This document shows, in pieces, positions 1-13,396 of a stretch of DNA of 64,000 bases. The stretch spans positions 1 to 64,000 of the forward strand of contig JANJGN010000724.1 of assembly GCA_026770705.1 (NCBI GenBank), read 5' to 3'. The translations under genes were made by a program, and so were the position numbers. The notes below the pieces were generated by a model. The model was not told the DNA's origin. It was given only the letters and a program-made list of their open reading frames with translations, and did not search any database. Within the stretch, counting starts at the first letter, position 1, and each line of letters opens with the position of its first letter. The DNA comes from Isurus oxyrinchus (Eukaryota).

Positions 1-3000
1 TCTCATCCTCCTCCTCATCCCCCCTCATCTACCTCCTCATCTCCCTCCTCTTCCTCCTCCTCTACCCCCTCCGCATCATCTCCCTCCTCATCTCCCACCT
101 CATCCCCCTCCTCATCCCCCTCCTCATTCCCCTCCTTATCACCTCCTCATCTCCCTGCTCATCTCCCTCCTCATCCCCCTCCTCATCCCCCTCCTCATCC
201 TCATCCCCTCCTCATCTCCCTCCTCATCCCTCTCCTCTTCCCCTCGTCATCCCCCTCCTCATCCCCCTCCTCATCCACTCCTTATCCTCCTCCTCATCTC
301 CCTCCTCTCCTCCTCATCTCCCTCCTCATCCCCCTCCTCATCGCCTCCTCATCCTCCTCCTCACCTCCCTCCTCATCCCCCTCCTCATCCCCCTCCTCAT
401 TCCCTCCTCATCTCCCTCCTCATCTCCCTCCTCATCCCCCTCCTCATCCCCCTCCTCATCCCCCTCCTCATCAACTCCTCAACTCCCTCCTCATGCCCCT
501 CCTCATCGCCTCCTCATCCTCCTCCTCATCTCCCTCCTCATCCCCTCCTCAACTACCTCCTCATTCCCCTCCTCATCCCCTTCTCATCCCCTCCTCATCC
601 CCCTCCCTATCCCACTCCTCATCCCCCTCCTCATCTCCCTCCTCATCCCCCTCCTCATCCCCTCCTCATCCCCTCCTCATCCTCCTCCTCATCCCCTCCT
701 CATCCCCTCCTCATCCTCCTCATCCTCCTCCTCATCTCCCTCCTCATCCCCCTACTCATCTCCCTCCTCCTCCCCTCCTCATCCCCTCCTCATCCTCCTG
801 CTCATCTCCCTCCTCATCCCCCTCCTCATTGCCTCCTCATCCTCCTCCTCACCTCCTTCCTCATCCCCCTCCTCATCCCCCTCCTCACCCCCTCCTCATC
901 TCCCTCCTCATCTCCGTCCTCATCCCCCTCCTCATCCCCCTCCTCATCCCCACCTCAACTCCCTCCTCATGCCCCTCCTCATCCCCTCCTCATCTCCCTC
1001 CTCATCCCCTCCTCAACTCCCTCCTCATCCCCCTCCTCATCCCCTTCGCATCCCCTCCTCATCCCCTCCTCATCCTCCTCCTCATCTCCCTCCTCATCCC
1101 CCTCCTCATCCCCTCCTCATCCTCCTCCTCATCCCCTCCTCATCCCCTCCTCATCCCCTCCTCATCTCCCTCCTCATCCCCTCCTCATCCCCTCATCATC
1201 CCCTCCTCATCCCCCTCTTCATCCCCTCCTCATCCTCCTCTCATCTCCCTCCTCATCCCCCTCCTCATCCCCCTCCTCATCTCCCTCCTCTTCCTCCTCC
1301 TCAACTCCCTCCCATCCTCCCCTCATCCCCCTCCTCATCCCCTCTCCTCATCCCCCTCCTCATCTCCCTCCTCATCTCCCTCCTCATCCCCCTCCTCATC
1401 CCCCTCCTCATTCCCCTCCACATCCTCCTCCTCATCCCCCCCTCATCTACCTCCTCATCTCCCTCTCTTCCTCCTCCTCTTCCTCCTCCGCATCATCTCC
1501 CTCCTCATCTCCACCTCATCCCACTCCTCATCCCCCTCCTCATTCCCCTCCTTATCACCTCCTCATTTCCCTGCTCATCTCCCTCCTCATCCCCCTCCTC
1601 ATCCCCCTCCTCATCCCCCTCCTCATCCTCATCCCCTCCTCATCTCCCTCCTCATCCCCCTCCTCTTCCCCTCGTCATCCCCCTCCTCATCCACTCCTCA
1701 TCCTCCTCCTCATCTCCCTCCTCATCCCCTCCTCATCCCCTCCTCCTCCTCCTCCTCATCTCCCTCCTCATCCCCCTCCTCATCGCCTCCTCATCCTCCT
1801 CCTCACCTCCCTCCTCATCTCCCTCCTCATCCCCCTCCTCATTCCCTCCTCATCTCCCTCCTCATCCCCCTCCTCATCCCCCTCCTCATCCCCCTCCTCA
1901 TCCCCTACTCAACTCCCTCCTCATGCCCCTCCTCATCGCCTCCTCACCCTCCTCCTCATCTCCCTCCTCATCCCCTCCTCATCCTCCTCCTCATCTCCCT
2001 ACTCATCCCCTCCTCATCTCCCTCCTCATCCCCTCCTCATCCCCTCCTCATCCTCCTGCTCATCTCCCTCCTCATCCCCCTCCTCATCCCTCATCTCCCT
2101 CCTCATCTCCCTACTCATCCCCCTCCTCATCCCCCTCCTCATCCCCTCCTCAACTCCCTCCTCATCCCCTCCTCATCTCCCTCCTCATCCCCCTCCTCTT
2201 CCCCTCGTCATCCCCTCCTCATCCCCCTCCTCATCCACTCCTCATCCTCCTCCTCATCTCCCTCCTCATCCCCTCCTCATCCCCTCCTCCTCCTCCTCAT
2301 CTCCCTCCTCATCCCCCTCCTCATCGCCTCCTCATCCTCCTCCTCACCTCCCTCCTCATCCCCCTCCTCATCCCTCTCCTCATCCCCTCCTCATCCTCCT
2401 CCTCATCTCCCTCCTCATCCCCCTACTCATCTCCCTCCTCATCCCCTCCTCATCCTCCTGCTCATCTCCCTCCTCATCCCCCTCCTCATTGCCTCCTCAT
2501 CCTCCTCCTCACCTCCTTCCTCATCCTCCTCCTCATCCCCCTCCTCATCCCCCTCCTCATCCCCCTCCTCATCCCCTCCTCAACTCCCTCCTCATCCCCT
2601 CCTCATCTCCCTCCTCATCCCCCTCCTCTTCCCCTCATCATCCCCTCCTCATCCTCCTCCTCATCTCCCTCCTCATCCCCTCTTCATCCCCTCCTCCTCC
2701 TCCTCATCCCCCTCCTCATCCCCCTCCTCATCGCCTCCTCATCCTCCTCCTCACCTCCCTCCTCATCCCCCTCCTCATCCCCCTCCTCATTCCCTCCTCA
2801 TCCTCCTCCTCATCTCCCTCCTCATCCCCCTACTCATCTCCCTCCTCATCCCCTCCTCATCCCCTCCTCATCCTCCTGCTCATCTCCCTTCTCATCCCCC
2901 TCCTCATTGCCTCCTCATCCTCCTCCTCACCTCCTTCCTCATCCCCCTCCTCATCCCCCTCCTCATCCCCTCCTCATCTCCCCCCTCATCTCCGTCCTCA

Positions 3001-4770
3001 CCCCTCTCCTCATCCCCCTCCTCATCCCCTCCTCAACTCCCTCCTCATGCCCCTCCTCATCCCCTCCTCATCTCCCTCCTCATCCCCTCCTCAACTCACT
3101 CCTCATCCCCCTCCTCATCCCCTTCGCATCCCCTCCTCATCCCCCCCATCCCTCTCCTCATTCCCCTCCTCATCTGCCTCCCTATCCCCTTCTCATCCCC
3201 CTCCTCATCCCCTCCTCATCCTCCTCCTCATCTCCCTCCTCATCCCCCTCCTCATCCCCTCCTCATCCTCCTCCTCATCCCACTCCTCATCCCCTCCTCA
3301 TCCCCTCCTCATCTCCCTCCTCATCCCCTCCTCATCCCCTCATCATCCCCTCCTCATCCCCCTCTTCATCCCCTCCTCATCCTCCTCCTCATCTCTCTCC
3401 TCATCCCCCTCCTCATCCCCCTCCTCATCTCCCTCCTCTTCCTCCTCCTCAACTCCCTCCTCATTCTCCTCCTCATCCCCCTCCTCATCCCTCTCCTCAT
3501 CCCCCTCCTCGTCTCCCTCCTCATCTCCCTCCTCATCCCCCTCCTCATCCCCCTCCTCATTCCCCTCCTCATCCTCCTCCTCATCCCCCCCTCATCTACC
3601 TCCTCATCTCCCTCCTCTTCCTCCTCCTCTTCCCCCTCCGCATCATCTCCCTCCTCATCTCCCACCTCATCCCCCTCCTCATCCCCCTCCTCATTCCCCT
3701 CCTTATCACCTCCTCATTTCCCTGCTCATCTCCCTCCTCATCCCCCTCCTCATCCCCCTCCTCATCCCCCTCCTCATCCTCATCCCCTCCTCATCTCCCT
3801 CCTCATCCCCCTCCTCTTCCCCTCGTCATCCCCTCCTCATCCCCCTCCTCATCCACTCCTCATCCTCCTCCTCATCTCCCTCCTCATCCCCTCCTCATCC
3901 CCTCCTCCTCCTCCTCCTCATCTCCCTCCTCATCCCCCTCCTCATCGCCTCCTCATCCTCCTCCTCACCTCCCTCCTCATCCCCCTCCTCATCCCCCTCC
4001 TCATTCCCTCCTCATCTCCCTCCTCATCTCCCTCCTCATCCCCCTCCTCATCCCCCTCCTCATCTCCCTCCTAATCTCTCCTCATTCCCCTCCTCATCCC
4101 CCTCCTCATCCCCTCCCCAACTCCCTCCTCATGCCCCTCCTCATCCCCTCCTCATCCTCCTGCTCATCTCTCTCCTCATCCCCTCCTCAACTCCCTCCTC
4201 ATCCCCCTCCTCGTCCCCTTCGCATCCCCTCCTCATCCCCCTCCCTATCCCTCTCCTCATCCCCCCTCATCTCCCTCCTCATCCCCTCCTCATCCCCCTC
4301 CACATCCCCTCCTCATCCTCCTCCTCATCTCCCTCCTCATCCCCCTCCTCATCTCCCTCCTCATCCCCCTCCTCATCCCCTCCTCATCCTCCTCCTCATC
4401 CCGGCCTCATCCCTTCCTCACCCCCTCCTCATCTCCCTCCTCATCCCCTCCTCATCCCCTCATCATCCCCTCCTCATCCCCCTCTTCATCCCCTCCTCAT
4501 CCTCCTCCTCATCTCCCTCCTCATCCCCCTCCTCATTCCCCTCCTCATCCCCTCCTCATCTCCCTCCTCATCTCCCTCCTCATCCCCCTCCTCATCCCCC
4601 TCCTCATCTCCCTCCTCTTCCTCCTCCTCAACTCCCTCCTCATCCTCCTCCTCATCCCCCTCCTCATCCCCCTCCTCATCTCCCTCCTCATCCCGCTCCT
4701 CATCCCCTTCTCATCTCCCTCCTCATCCCCCTCCTCATCCCCCTCCTCATCCCCCTCCTCATCCCCCTTT
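1..4770. repeat. Pyrimidine-rich low-complexity satellite, variants of (TCCTCATCCCC/TCCTCATCTCCC)n
   Basis: Almost G-free plus strand built from CCTCCTCATC units; the long P/S/H/L ORFs are a by-product. Confidence 0.97.
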
Positions 4771-5200
4771 GTGTGAAGAAGTGCTTCCTGACATCACCCC
4801 CTGAACGGCCTGGCTCCAATTTTAAGGTTCTGCCCCCTTGTTCTGGACCCCCGCTCACCTCACCCCCACCCCCACCCCCCCACCCCCACCCCCTCACCTC
4901 ACCCCCACCCCCCACCCCCCACCCCCACCCCCCTCACCTCACCCCCACCACCAGGGGAAATAGTTTCTCTCTGTTGACCCCATCGAATCCTTTAATCATC
5001 TTAAACCCCTCGATTAGATCACCCCTTAATCTTCGAGACTCGAGGGAACACAAGCCTGGTCTGTGCAACCTGTCCTCGGGATTTAACCCTTTCAGCCCCG
5101 GGATCGTTCTGGTGACTCTGGGCTGCAGCCCCTCCGAGGACAATATCCCCTCCCTGAGGTGCGGGGTCCAGGACTGACCCCAGTGACTACAGGTGGGGTC
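4771..5200 (-). mobile_element. CR1-like LINE 3' fragment interrupted by a C-rich microsatellite
   Basis: Minus ORF LESRRLRGDLIEGFKMIKGFDGVNREKLFPL, typical of the CR1 ORF2 C-terminus. Confidence 0.8.
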
Positions 5201-5279
5201 TGAGAGGAGCTTTAGAAAACTGTGCCGGACACTTCAAAAACTTCTTAAATTCAACCCTGTATCGAGTGCCTTAGAATAC

Positions 5280-5610
5280 TGGGGCCAATATTTACCCCCA
5301 ACTAACACCCTAAAAACAGATGGTCTGGCTCATTCTCACATTGCTGTTTGTGGGAGCTTGCTGTGCGCAAATTGACTGTGGTGTTTCCTACATTACAACG
5401 GGGATCTGCACTTCAAAGATAGTCCTTCATTCCCTGAGAAATGTTTTTGAACAGTGGATGCTGTGGAACAGTAGGAAACATGGCAGACAATTTCTGCACA
5501 GCAGGATCCCACAAACAGCAGTGAGATACAGACCCAGAACATCTGTTTTTTTTTTAATGATGTTGGTTTAGGGATAAATATTGGTCCCAGGACACTGGGG
5601 ATAACTGCCC
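5280..5610. mobile_element. Two SINE 3' fragments (DeuSINE/SacSINE-like) in opposite orientations
   Basis: ttgctgtttgtgggagcttgctgtgcgcaaattg...cattacaac followed by its reverse complement (cagcaggatcccacaaacagca); same family at ~23450 and ~59740. Confidence 0.6.
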
Positions 5611-6242
5611 CACCCGACTCCATACCCACCCCCTACACTTCACCCAAAAAGTGTCCATGGGGTTTTTGACATCCATCCGAGGTGTCCACTCTGTGCCTGT
5701 TCCAGGATCTTGAGGCTCAAGACCCAACACTGGGTTCACTTTGAGCCTATCCAATCGGGCACAGGGACTGTTCCCACAAACTGCCAGGCCCTGTCTTAAG
5801 GCTATTGTTCCCTCGCGGCATGAGAGGGATGATGGGTTGAAGGTCATCTTTCACCCGAATCCTGTCTTAACAACATTGTAAACGCAGTAGGAAAAATCCC
5901 ACTGGCCCCTTGTATCTTAACAACATCGTAAACATGACCTAAAGAATCCCCTGGTCACCCCTGAGTGTTTCTAATATTGTAAACACAGTGGATATATTTC
6001 CTCCATCTTCTGAGAGGTAAAACTATGACACTAGAGCACCGCCACTGGCAGGAGGGTGTAACTACAGTGTGACATGTTTACATGGGAATGTTACATTACA
6101 AATGAAGGTACATGATTGTAAATAATGAAAAGAGCATGTGATAACAGGAAATGGTGCCTTGGAGAATGCAGTTATTCACCAGAGTATGGTATTTCATTTG
6201 AAAAACAATATAGAGAAATGTCTGAGCATTTTAATTGCTTGT

Positions 6243-8349
6243 TTTTTATATTCATTTATGGGATGTGGACGGAACTGGCGAGGCCAGAATTATTGCCCAT
6301 CCCTAATTGCCCTTGAGAATATGGTAATGAGCTGCCTTCTTGAACTGTTGCAGTCCATGTGGTGTAGGTACACCCACAATGCTGTTAGGGAGGGAGTTCC
6401 AGGATTAGGACCCAGTGACTGTAAAGGAACGGCCGATATATTTCCAAGTCAGGATAGTGAGTGACTTGGAGGGTAACTTCCAGGTGGTGGTGTTACCATG
6501 TATCTGCTGACCTGTACTTTGAGATGGTACTGGTCATGTGTTTGAAGGTGCTGCCTAAGGAGTTTTGGTGAGTTTCTGCAGTGCACCTTGTAGCTGGTAC
6601 ACACTGCTGCTACTGTGTGTCGCTTGTGCAGAGAGTGAATGTTTGTGGATGGGGAGCCGAACTAGTGGGGCTGCTTTGTCCTAAGTGGTGTTGAGTTTAT
6701 TGAATCTTGTTGGAGCTGCACTCATGCAGGCAAGTGGAGAGTCTTCCATCACACTCCTGACCTGTGCCTTGAAGACGGTGGACAGGTTTTGGGGAGTCTG
6801 GAGTGAGTTACTCACTGCATGATTCCCAGCCTCTGACCTGCTCTTGAAACCACAGTATTTTTATGGCTGGTCCAGTACAATTTCTGGTCAATGGTAACCA
6901 CCAGGATGTTGATAGTGGGGTATTCAGCAGTGGTAATGTCATTGAACATCAAGGAGCGATGGTTAGATTCTCTCTTATTGGAGATGGTCATTGCCTGACA
7001 CTTGTCAGCCCAAGCCTGGATATTGTCCAGGTCTTGCTGCATTTGGACAAGGACTGCTTCAGTATCTGAGGAGCCGTGAATGGTGCTGAACATTTTGCAA
7101 TCATCAGTGAACATCCACACTTCTGTCCTTATGATGGAAGGAAGGTCATTGATGAAGCAGCTGAAGGTGGTTGGGCCTTGGACACTACCCTGAGTAACTC
7201 CTGCAGTGATGTCCTGGAACTGGGATGATTGACCTCCAACAACCACAACTATCTTCCTTTGTGCTGTGTATGGCTCCAACCAGTGGAGAGTTTTCCCTCT
7301 GTTATGATGTGGTAGATGATGTGTGCCAGGGGACCAAATCCACAAGGGAAACTTGGTCACACTATCACAACGGTTTTGCAATTTGTATTTATTATGAGAT
7401 GTGTGCACTGAATTCAGGAGTAATGTGTCAACCAAGACATTTAGAGATCTTAAAAATTAAATTTTAATATTTATTTAAGATTTAAAGCACACACATAAGG
7501 ATACGGTTACTATTATAACAAATCCTAAACTTCCTAATTAACCTTGAAGATGGTGGTCAGGCATTGGGAAGTCTGGAAGTGAGCAGTAAAACTCCTTTTA
7601 GGCAATAAACCAAAATAGATTTCAGATTTAAAAACAAAACCAGCAAGTTAACACAAAACACACTTGAGAGTGGATTTCCAAATGGCTTTCTCGAACGACA
7701 GTCACTGAACATAACAGACCTATGGACAAATGCCTGGAGGCTTCTTCAAGGCTGATTCACACACTCTTGTTAGATTTTACATGGTCCCCAAAATAGCCTT
7801 TCATTCTCCATTGTTGATGTTTCTCTCTCTTTGATATGTAAATTTCATTGTTCCAAATGTCTTGGGAATTATACTTTTCCCATAATATAAAAACTTTCAT
7901 GTTGCCAATGTTGTCAATAACCTGTGGGAAAAATAAACACACTCCTTTGCCTTGCATATCGGCCTCGTTGTAAACAGACCAACAGCCCTTTGAAATCCAA
8001 ACAATCACGTCACTTATCTAAAAATGCAAATTCCCTTTCTCACCTCACATGCAAAGAAAGCCTCCATGTTCACTCATTAGCATTTCAAGTACATTTCTAC
8101 ACCTAGCTTCTTCTGATAATCTCAAACTTGCAGTCTACCTGACTCCAGATGTAATTAAACCACACAGACAGGCACATCTACACTCACACCCATAAACCTA
8201 GTTTACAACAAACCAGGAAAATATTATGCAAATTATTATAATTTCGTACCACCCCTGATTCCCATTGACTCCAGTTTTGCTCGGGATCCTAGATGCCACA
8301 CTCGGTCAAATGCAGACTTGATGTCAAAGGCAGTCACTCTCACCTCACC
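6243..8349 (-). mobile_element. LINE (CR1/L2-group RT) inserted in the 3' region of gene A, split by a solo LTR
   Basis: ORF 6812-7435 GVTQGSVQGPTTFSCFINDLP...FTDDC (RT motifs); the flanks at ~6240 and ~8350 are contiguous in the paralogous copy at 28200-28260. Confidence 0.8.
7300..8251. mobile_element. Solo LTR, family 1
   Basis: TG...CA termini; homologous copies at 33962-35006 (inverted) and 51617-52542. Confidence 0.7.
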
Positions 8350-8541
8350 TTGTATTAACAGAAGTAAAATTATACATAATACATAAGCTTCTCACAATCT
8401 TTTACAGCATGGAAAAAGGTGCAGCATTCAGAAAGCTCACTCAGAACCAATAAAAAAAGTTGAGCAACATCATATTTGTGTTCATTACTATTTGGCCATG
8501 TTGGCTGCACACACCCCACAGCCCCGCTCCCTGTTTCACAC

Positions 8542-8790
8542 TCAGTTTTTCTGGAACCTGATCTGTGTGTATTCCGTGTCCTCGCTCCTGTGCACAGTCC
8601 TGTCACCGCTGGGCAGCTTTGAAAAGTTGATGTTGGCGTAGAAAAGCTCGTCTGGTTTGTCGGGGTTCCCATGTCCAACATCGCCTCCCACTGCATCTTC
8701 AGAGAGACCCCGGGGAGCTGGGGTCTCCCCCTCGCTAGTTGCGTCTCTCTTTGTGTTCTGGGGCTCAGTAATCAGCACGTTCTGTTCATC
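8542..8790 (-). CDS. Gene A terminal cytoplasmic exon, cassette 3 (ITIM LFYANI + ITSM TEYTQI)
   Basis: ctctgtag|GAT GAA CAG; DEQNVLITEPQ...DELFYANINFSKLPSGDRTVHRSEDTEYTQIRFQKN*. Confidence 0.88.
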   Translation of the reverse strand, partial: DEQNVLITEPQNTKRDATSEGETPAPRGLSEDAVGGDVGHGNPDKPDELFYANINFSKLPSGDRTVHRSEDTEYTQIRFQKN

Positions 8791-8909
8791 CTACAGAGAA
8801 ATGGAAACAGAAGACATCCTCACATCAATTACTGTTACTGATAGGGTTAAATTATTGTGCAGACTCATTTAATTCTCTCTCTCCTATCGGATAAAAGAAA
8901 CCACCAATG

Positions 8910-9120
8910 GCAGTGCAGCACTCCCTCAGTACTGACCCTGCAACAGTGCAGCACTCCCTCAGTCCTGACCCTCTGACAATACAGCGCTCCCTCAGTACTG
9001 ACCCATCGACAGTGCAGCACTCCCTCAGTACTGACCCTCTGTCAGTGCAGCACTCCCTCAGTACTGACCCTCCAACAGTGCAGCACTCCCTCAGTACTGA
9101 CCCTCTGTCAGTCTCGCACT
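8910..9120. repeat. 33-bp minisatellite (CAGTACTGAGGGAGTGCTGCACTGTCAGAGGGT family); also at 11955-12205 and 15050-15265
   Basis: Tandem 33-mers. Confidence 0.9.
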
Positions 9121-9254
9121 CAATCGGTAATGGCTCTGGTGAGTGACGGCTTGGATGCTGCACACAGGTGCCTGGTGTGAGGCTCAATAACATGAACCTT
9201 GTAATCAGAGAGAGGATTAGAGAGAGAGATAGAGATGAAAGAACAGAGACAGAG

Positions 9255-10188
9255 TGTTATGAATCTATTAATGTATGTAATGTAATTGCAAACTGTCTTT
9301 TTAAACAGAGGTTTAGTCTGTGTGTGTGCCTGTGTGTATTTTAATTGGATTAAAGCCAGCCAGTCTGTGTGCTTTGATGTATAGTAGTTTTGAGATGTAA
9401 ACAAAGAGGTAAAGTGGTAATTTGCATTTGTAAATAAAATATTAAATGCCTGAGAGTGAAATCTTAAACCAATCAACGTTTATATTACTAATAAAATTGA
9501 TACGATGAACGGGGATTTATTATTGGAAGAGATGGAGTTCAAAGGTCCTGATGATACATTGCGAAATTACCTTCAAACAGAAGCCATAAGACCATAAGAC
9601 ATAGGAGGAGAAATTAGACCATTCGGTCCATCGAGTCTGCTCCACCATTCATACATGGCTGATATGTTTCACAAACCCAATTCTCCAACCTTCTCTCCTA
9701 ACCTTTGATCCCCTGACCAATCAAGAGCGTATCAATCTCCGTCTTCTTTACACTCAAGAGCTGGGTATAACTTGAGCAGATTTGTGTGTGCAGAGCAGAC
9801 GCTTGTAACATCAAAGCAGCTGTAAGCCTACACCTGTCTGCAAAAAAAACAAAGTGAAAGGAACCTCATTTGGAATTTGTGAGGTGAAAATGCTTTGCCT
9901 GGGTGTCTGCTTAAAGTCTATGGGTTATCTTAGAGGAGATTACTTTGGGAATTTGTTAAAAAGTTATGATAATGCTAGCTTGTAGCCATGTGCATATGTT
10001 TAACTTGTGTTAATTAATAAATGTCTCATGTAGTTTGATATAAACCCATCTCAAGAACTGATGGTCTTATTCCTGAATTTAAAGATGCATCTCACACATT
10101 CCACTGGGAAATATAGGTTATGACAGTTGTTTAAAGTTTCCCTCTGGGATTTTAAACAACAGCCTTTACCAGTTGCTGTGTCATAACA
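9255..10188. mobile_element. Solo LTR-like element in each tail cassette (also 12333-13261 and 15415-16167)
   Basis: Inverted termini TGTTATGA...TCATAACA; cassettes 2 and 3 carry an extra ~180-bp LINE/SINE-tail insert. Confidence 0.6.
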
Positions 10189-10323
10189 GAGAGACAGCAT
10201 GATACTGAACCATTGCTGACTCCACAGGTACAAATCAGTGGGTAACTGGGCTGGGAATCTGGGACACGTGTTGTCTACACACTGAGATTGAAGCTTTGGA
10301 GTGAGTGTAAACAGCTCCTGTAC

Positions 10324-10405
10324 CTGGTGCTTCACAGAGAGTGGACTGGGGGTCAATGCAATGTCTCTGGTCCCTGAAACTCTCTCCTCCATCGCTGTCT
10401 TTCTC
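10324..10405 (-). CDS. Gene A juxtamembrane cytoplasmic exon, cassette 3
   Basis: ttgcag|G...CAG|gtacag, 82 nt, phase 2 to 0, RKTAMEERVSGTRDIALTPSPLSVKHQ. Confidence 0.8.
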
Positions 10406-10545
10406 CTGCAATAACACAATATCACACTGTGGTTATCATATAGCAGAGAGTCAGTGCAGCACAGACACAGAGCCCACTGTAACCTTACACCAACGACTGG
10501 GACTGTCTCTTTAAATCAGTTCTGCACAAAGCACAGAATCAAGAA

Positions 10546-11000
10546 ACTCGACACCATCCAGGACAAAGCAGCCCGATTGATCTACACCCCATCCCCCACA
10601 TTAAACATTCACTCCCTCCACCATGAACACACAGTGGCAGCAGTGTGTGTACCATCTACAAGATGCACTGCAGCAACTCAGCAAGGCTCCTTCAACAGCA
10701 CCTTCCAAACCCACGACCTCTACCATCTAGAAGGACAAGGGCAGCAGACACATGGGAACACCACAACCTGGAAGTTCCCCTCCAAGTCACTCACCATCCT
10801 GACTTGGAAATATATCACCGTTCCTTCACTGTCGCTGGGTCAAAATCCTGGAACTCCCTCTCTAAAAGCACTTTGGGTGTACCTACGCCACATGGACTGC
10901 AGCGGGTCAAGAAGGCAGCTCACCACCACCTTCTCAAGGGCAATTAGGGATAGGCGTTAATGCTGACATCACCAGTGACAGCCACATTCGATGAAATAAT
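10546..11000 (+). mobile_element. LINE 3' fragment repeated in each cassette (also ~13620-14070 and ~16530-16980)
   Basis: LDTIQDKAARLI...HSLHH...YKMHCSN, same family as the 6243-8349 LINE. Confidence 0.75.
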
Positions 11001-11023
11001 TAAAAATCTCACAGCTCAATGTA

Positions 11024-11029
11024 TTTATT
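11024..11029 (-). terminator. Candidate polyA signal AATAAA for cassette 2 (cassette 1 has AGTAAA at 14096-14101)
   Basis: tttatt ~560 nt downstream of the stop at 11587, at the edge of the repeated unit. Confidence 0.5.
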
Positions 11030-11586
11030 GTGACCCTGCTGCACACACGCCCTGTTGAAGGAGCCTTTGTGGTTCCATTGTTAATCGAAGCAGATCAGAG
11101 TTACTATAACTACTTGCATTTATATAGCACCTTCAATGTAGCAAAATGTGCAAAGGCTCATCCAGGGATTGTTAGTGACATCTTCACCTGACTCTGAGGC
11201 ACATGAGGAGATATTAGGGACAGGAGACCAACAGCTGAGTCAACAAAGTCAGTTATTAACGGGCATCTTAAAGGAGGAGCTGGAGATAGAGAATGAGAGA
11301 CAGACACAGAAAGAAAGACAGAGAGAGGGAGGGAGAGAGAGAGAGAGAGAGGGAGAGAGTGAGGGGGAGAGAGAGAGAGAGAGAGACAGTGAATCTCTAT
11401 CCCCAATGGCTCAGCATCCAGTCCTCTCTGGAGAAGCATTTCATTCCAAACCACACCAATCGCAGCCCAATTCCATCCCTTCCTCCCTCTCTCCCCCTCT
11501 CCCCCAGTGGGTTGCTTCCTGTTCCCAGGAATCTCAATCCCTACCCCCAACCCCATACCTCCTCACTCACTCTCCCCATTTCTCAT

Positions 11587-11835
11587 TCAGTTATGCTCGA
11601 ACCTGATCTGTGCGTATTCCGTCTCCTCTTCCCTGTGGACAGACCCATCACCACTGGACATCCTCAAGACTTGGGGATTGGCGTAGAGAAACTCTTCAGG
11701 TTTGTCGGGGTTCCCATGTCCAACATCGGCTCCCACTGGACGTTCAGAGAGACCCCGGGGAGCTGGGGTCTCCCCCTCGCCAGTTGCGTCTCTCTTTGTG
11801 TTCTGGGGCTCAGTAATCAGCACGTTCTGTTCATC
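11587..11835 (-). CDS. Gene A terminal cytoplasmic exon, cassette 2 (FLYANP + ITSM TEYAQI)
   Basis: ctctgtag|GAT; 249 nt open to the stop, ...EEFLYANPQVLRMSSGDGSVHREEETEYAQIRFEHN*. Confidence 0.82.
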   Translation of the reverse strand, partial: DEQNVLITEPQNTKRDATGEGETPAPRGLSERPVGADVGHGNPDKPEEFLYANPQVLRMSSGDGSVHREEETEYAQIRFEHN

Positions 11836-13396
11836 CTACAGAGAAATGGAAACAGAAGACATCCTCACATCAATTACTGTTACTGATAGGGTTAAATTAT
11901 TGTGCAGACTCATTTAATTCTCTCTCTCCTATCGGATAAAAGAAACCACCTATGGCAGTGCAGCACTCCCTCAGTACTGACCCTCCAACAGTGCAGCACT
12001 CCCTCAGTGCTGACCCTCCGACAATACAGCGCTCCCTCAGTACTGACCCATCGACAGTGCAGCACTCCCTCAGTACTGACCCTCTGTCAGTGCAGCACTC
12101 CCTCAGTACTGACCCTCCAACAGTGCAGCACTCCCTCAGTACTGACCCTCCAACAGTGCAGCACTCCTTCAGTACTGACCCGCTGTCAGTCCCGCACTCC
12201 CTCGGTAATGGCTCTGGTGAGTGACGGCTTGGATGCTGCATACAGGTGCCTGGTGTGAGGCTCAATAACATGAACCTTGTAATCAGAGAGAGGATGAGAG
12301 AGAGAGATAGAGATGAAGGGATAGAGACAGAGTGTTATTAATCTATTAATTTTTGTATTGTAATTGCAAACTGTCTTTTTAAACAGAGGTTTAGTCTGTG
12401 TGTGTGTCTGTGTGTATTTTAATTGGATTAAAGCCAGCCAGTCTGGGTGCTTTGATGTATAGTAGTTTTGAGATGTAAACAAAGAGGTAAAGTGGTAATT
12501 TGCATTTTTAAATAAAACATTAAATGCCTGAGAGTGAAATCTTAAACCAGTCAACGTTTATATTACTAATAAAATTGATACGATGAAAGGGGATTTATTA
12601 TTGGAAGAGATGGAGTTCAAAGGTCCTGATGATACATTACCAATTTACCTTCAAACAGAAGCCATAAGACCATAAGACATAGGAGGAGAAATTAGACCAT
12701 TCGGTCCATCGAGTCTGCTCCACCATTCATACATGGCTGATATGTTTCACAAACCCAATTCTCCCACCTTCTCTCCTAACCTTTGATCCCCTGACCAATC
12801 AAGAGCGTATCAATCTCCGTCTTCTTCACACTCAAGAGCTGGGTATAACTTGAGCAGTTTTGTGTGTGCAGAGCAGACGCTTGTAACAGCAAAGCAGCTG
12901 TAAGCCTACACTTGTCTGCAAAGGAACCAAAGTGAAAGGAACCTCATTTGGAATTTGTGAGGTGAAAATGCTTTGCCTGGTGTCTGCTTAAAGACAATGG
13001 GTTGTCTTAGAGGAGATTAGTTTGAGAATTTGTTAAAAATTTTTGATAATACTAGTTTGTAGCCATGTGCATATGTTTAACTTGTGTAAATTAATAAATG
13101 TCTCAAGTAGTTTGATATAAAACCATCTCGAGAACTGCTGCTCTTATTCCTGAATTTAGAGATGCATCTCAAACATTCCACTGGGAAATTTTATGACAGT
13201 TGTTTAAAGTTTCCCTCTGGGATTTTAAACAACAGCCTTTACCAGTTGCTGTGTCATAACAGAGAGACTGCATGATACTGAACCATTGCTGACTCCACAG
13301 GTACAAATCAGTGGGTAACTGGGCTGGGAATCTGGGACATGTGTTGTCTACACACTGAGATTGAAGCTTTGGAGTGAGTGTAAACAGCTCCTGTAC

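Noticed and set aside
493-5177. ORFs of 771-1402 aa rich in P/S/H/L
   Set aside because: Open in all three frames only because the G-poor repeat rarely makes stop codons; there is no domain content
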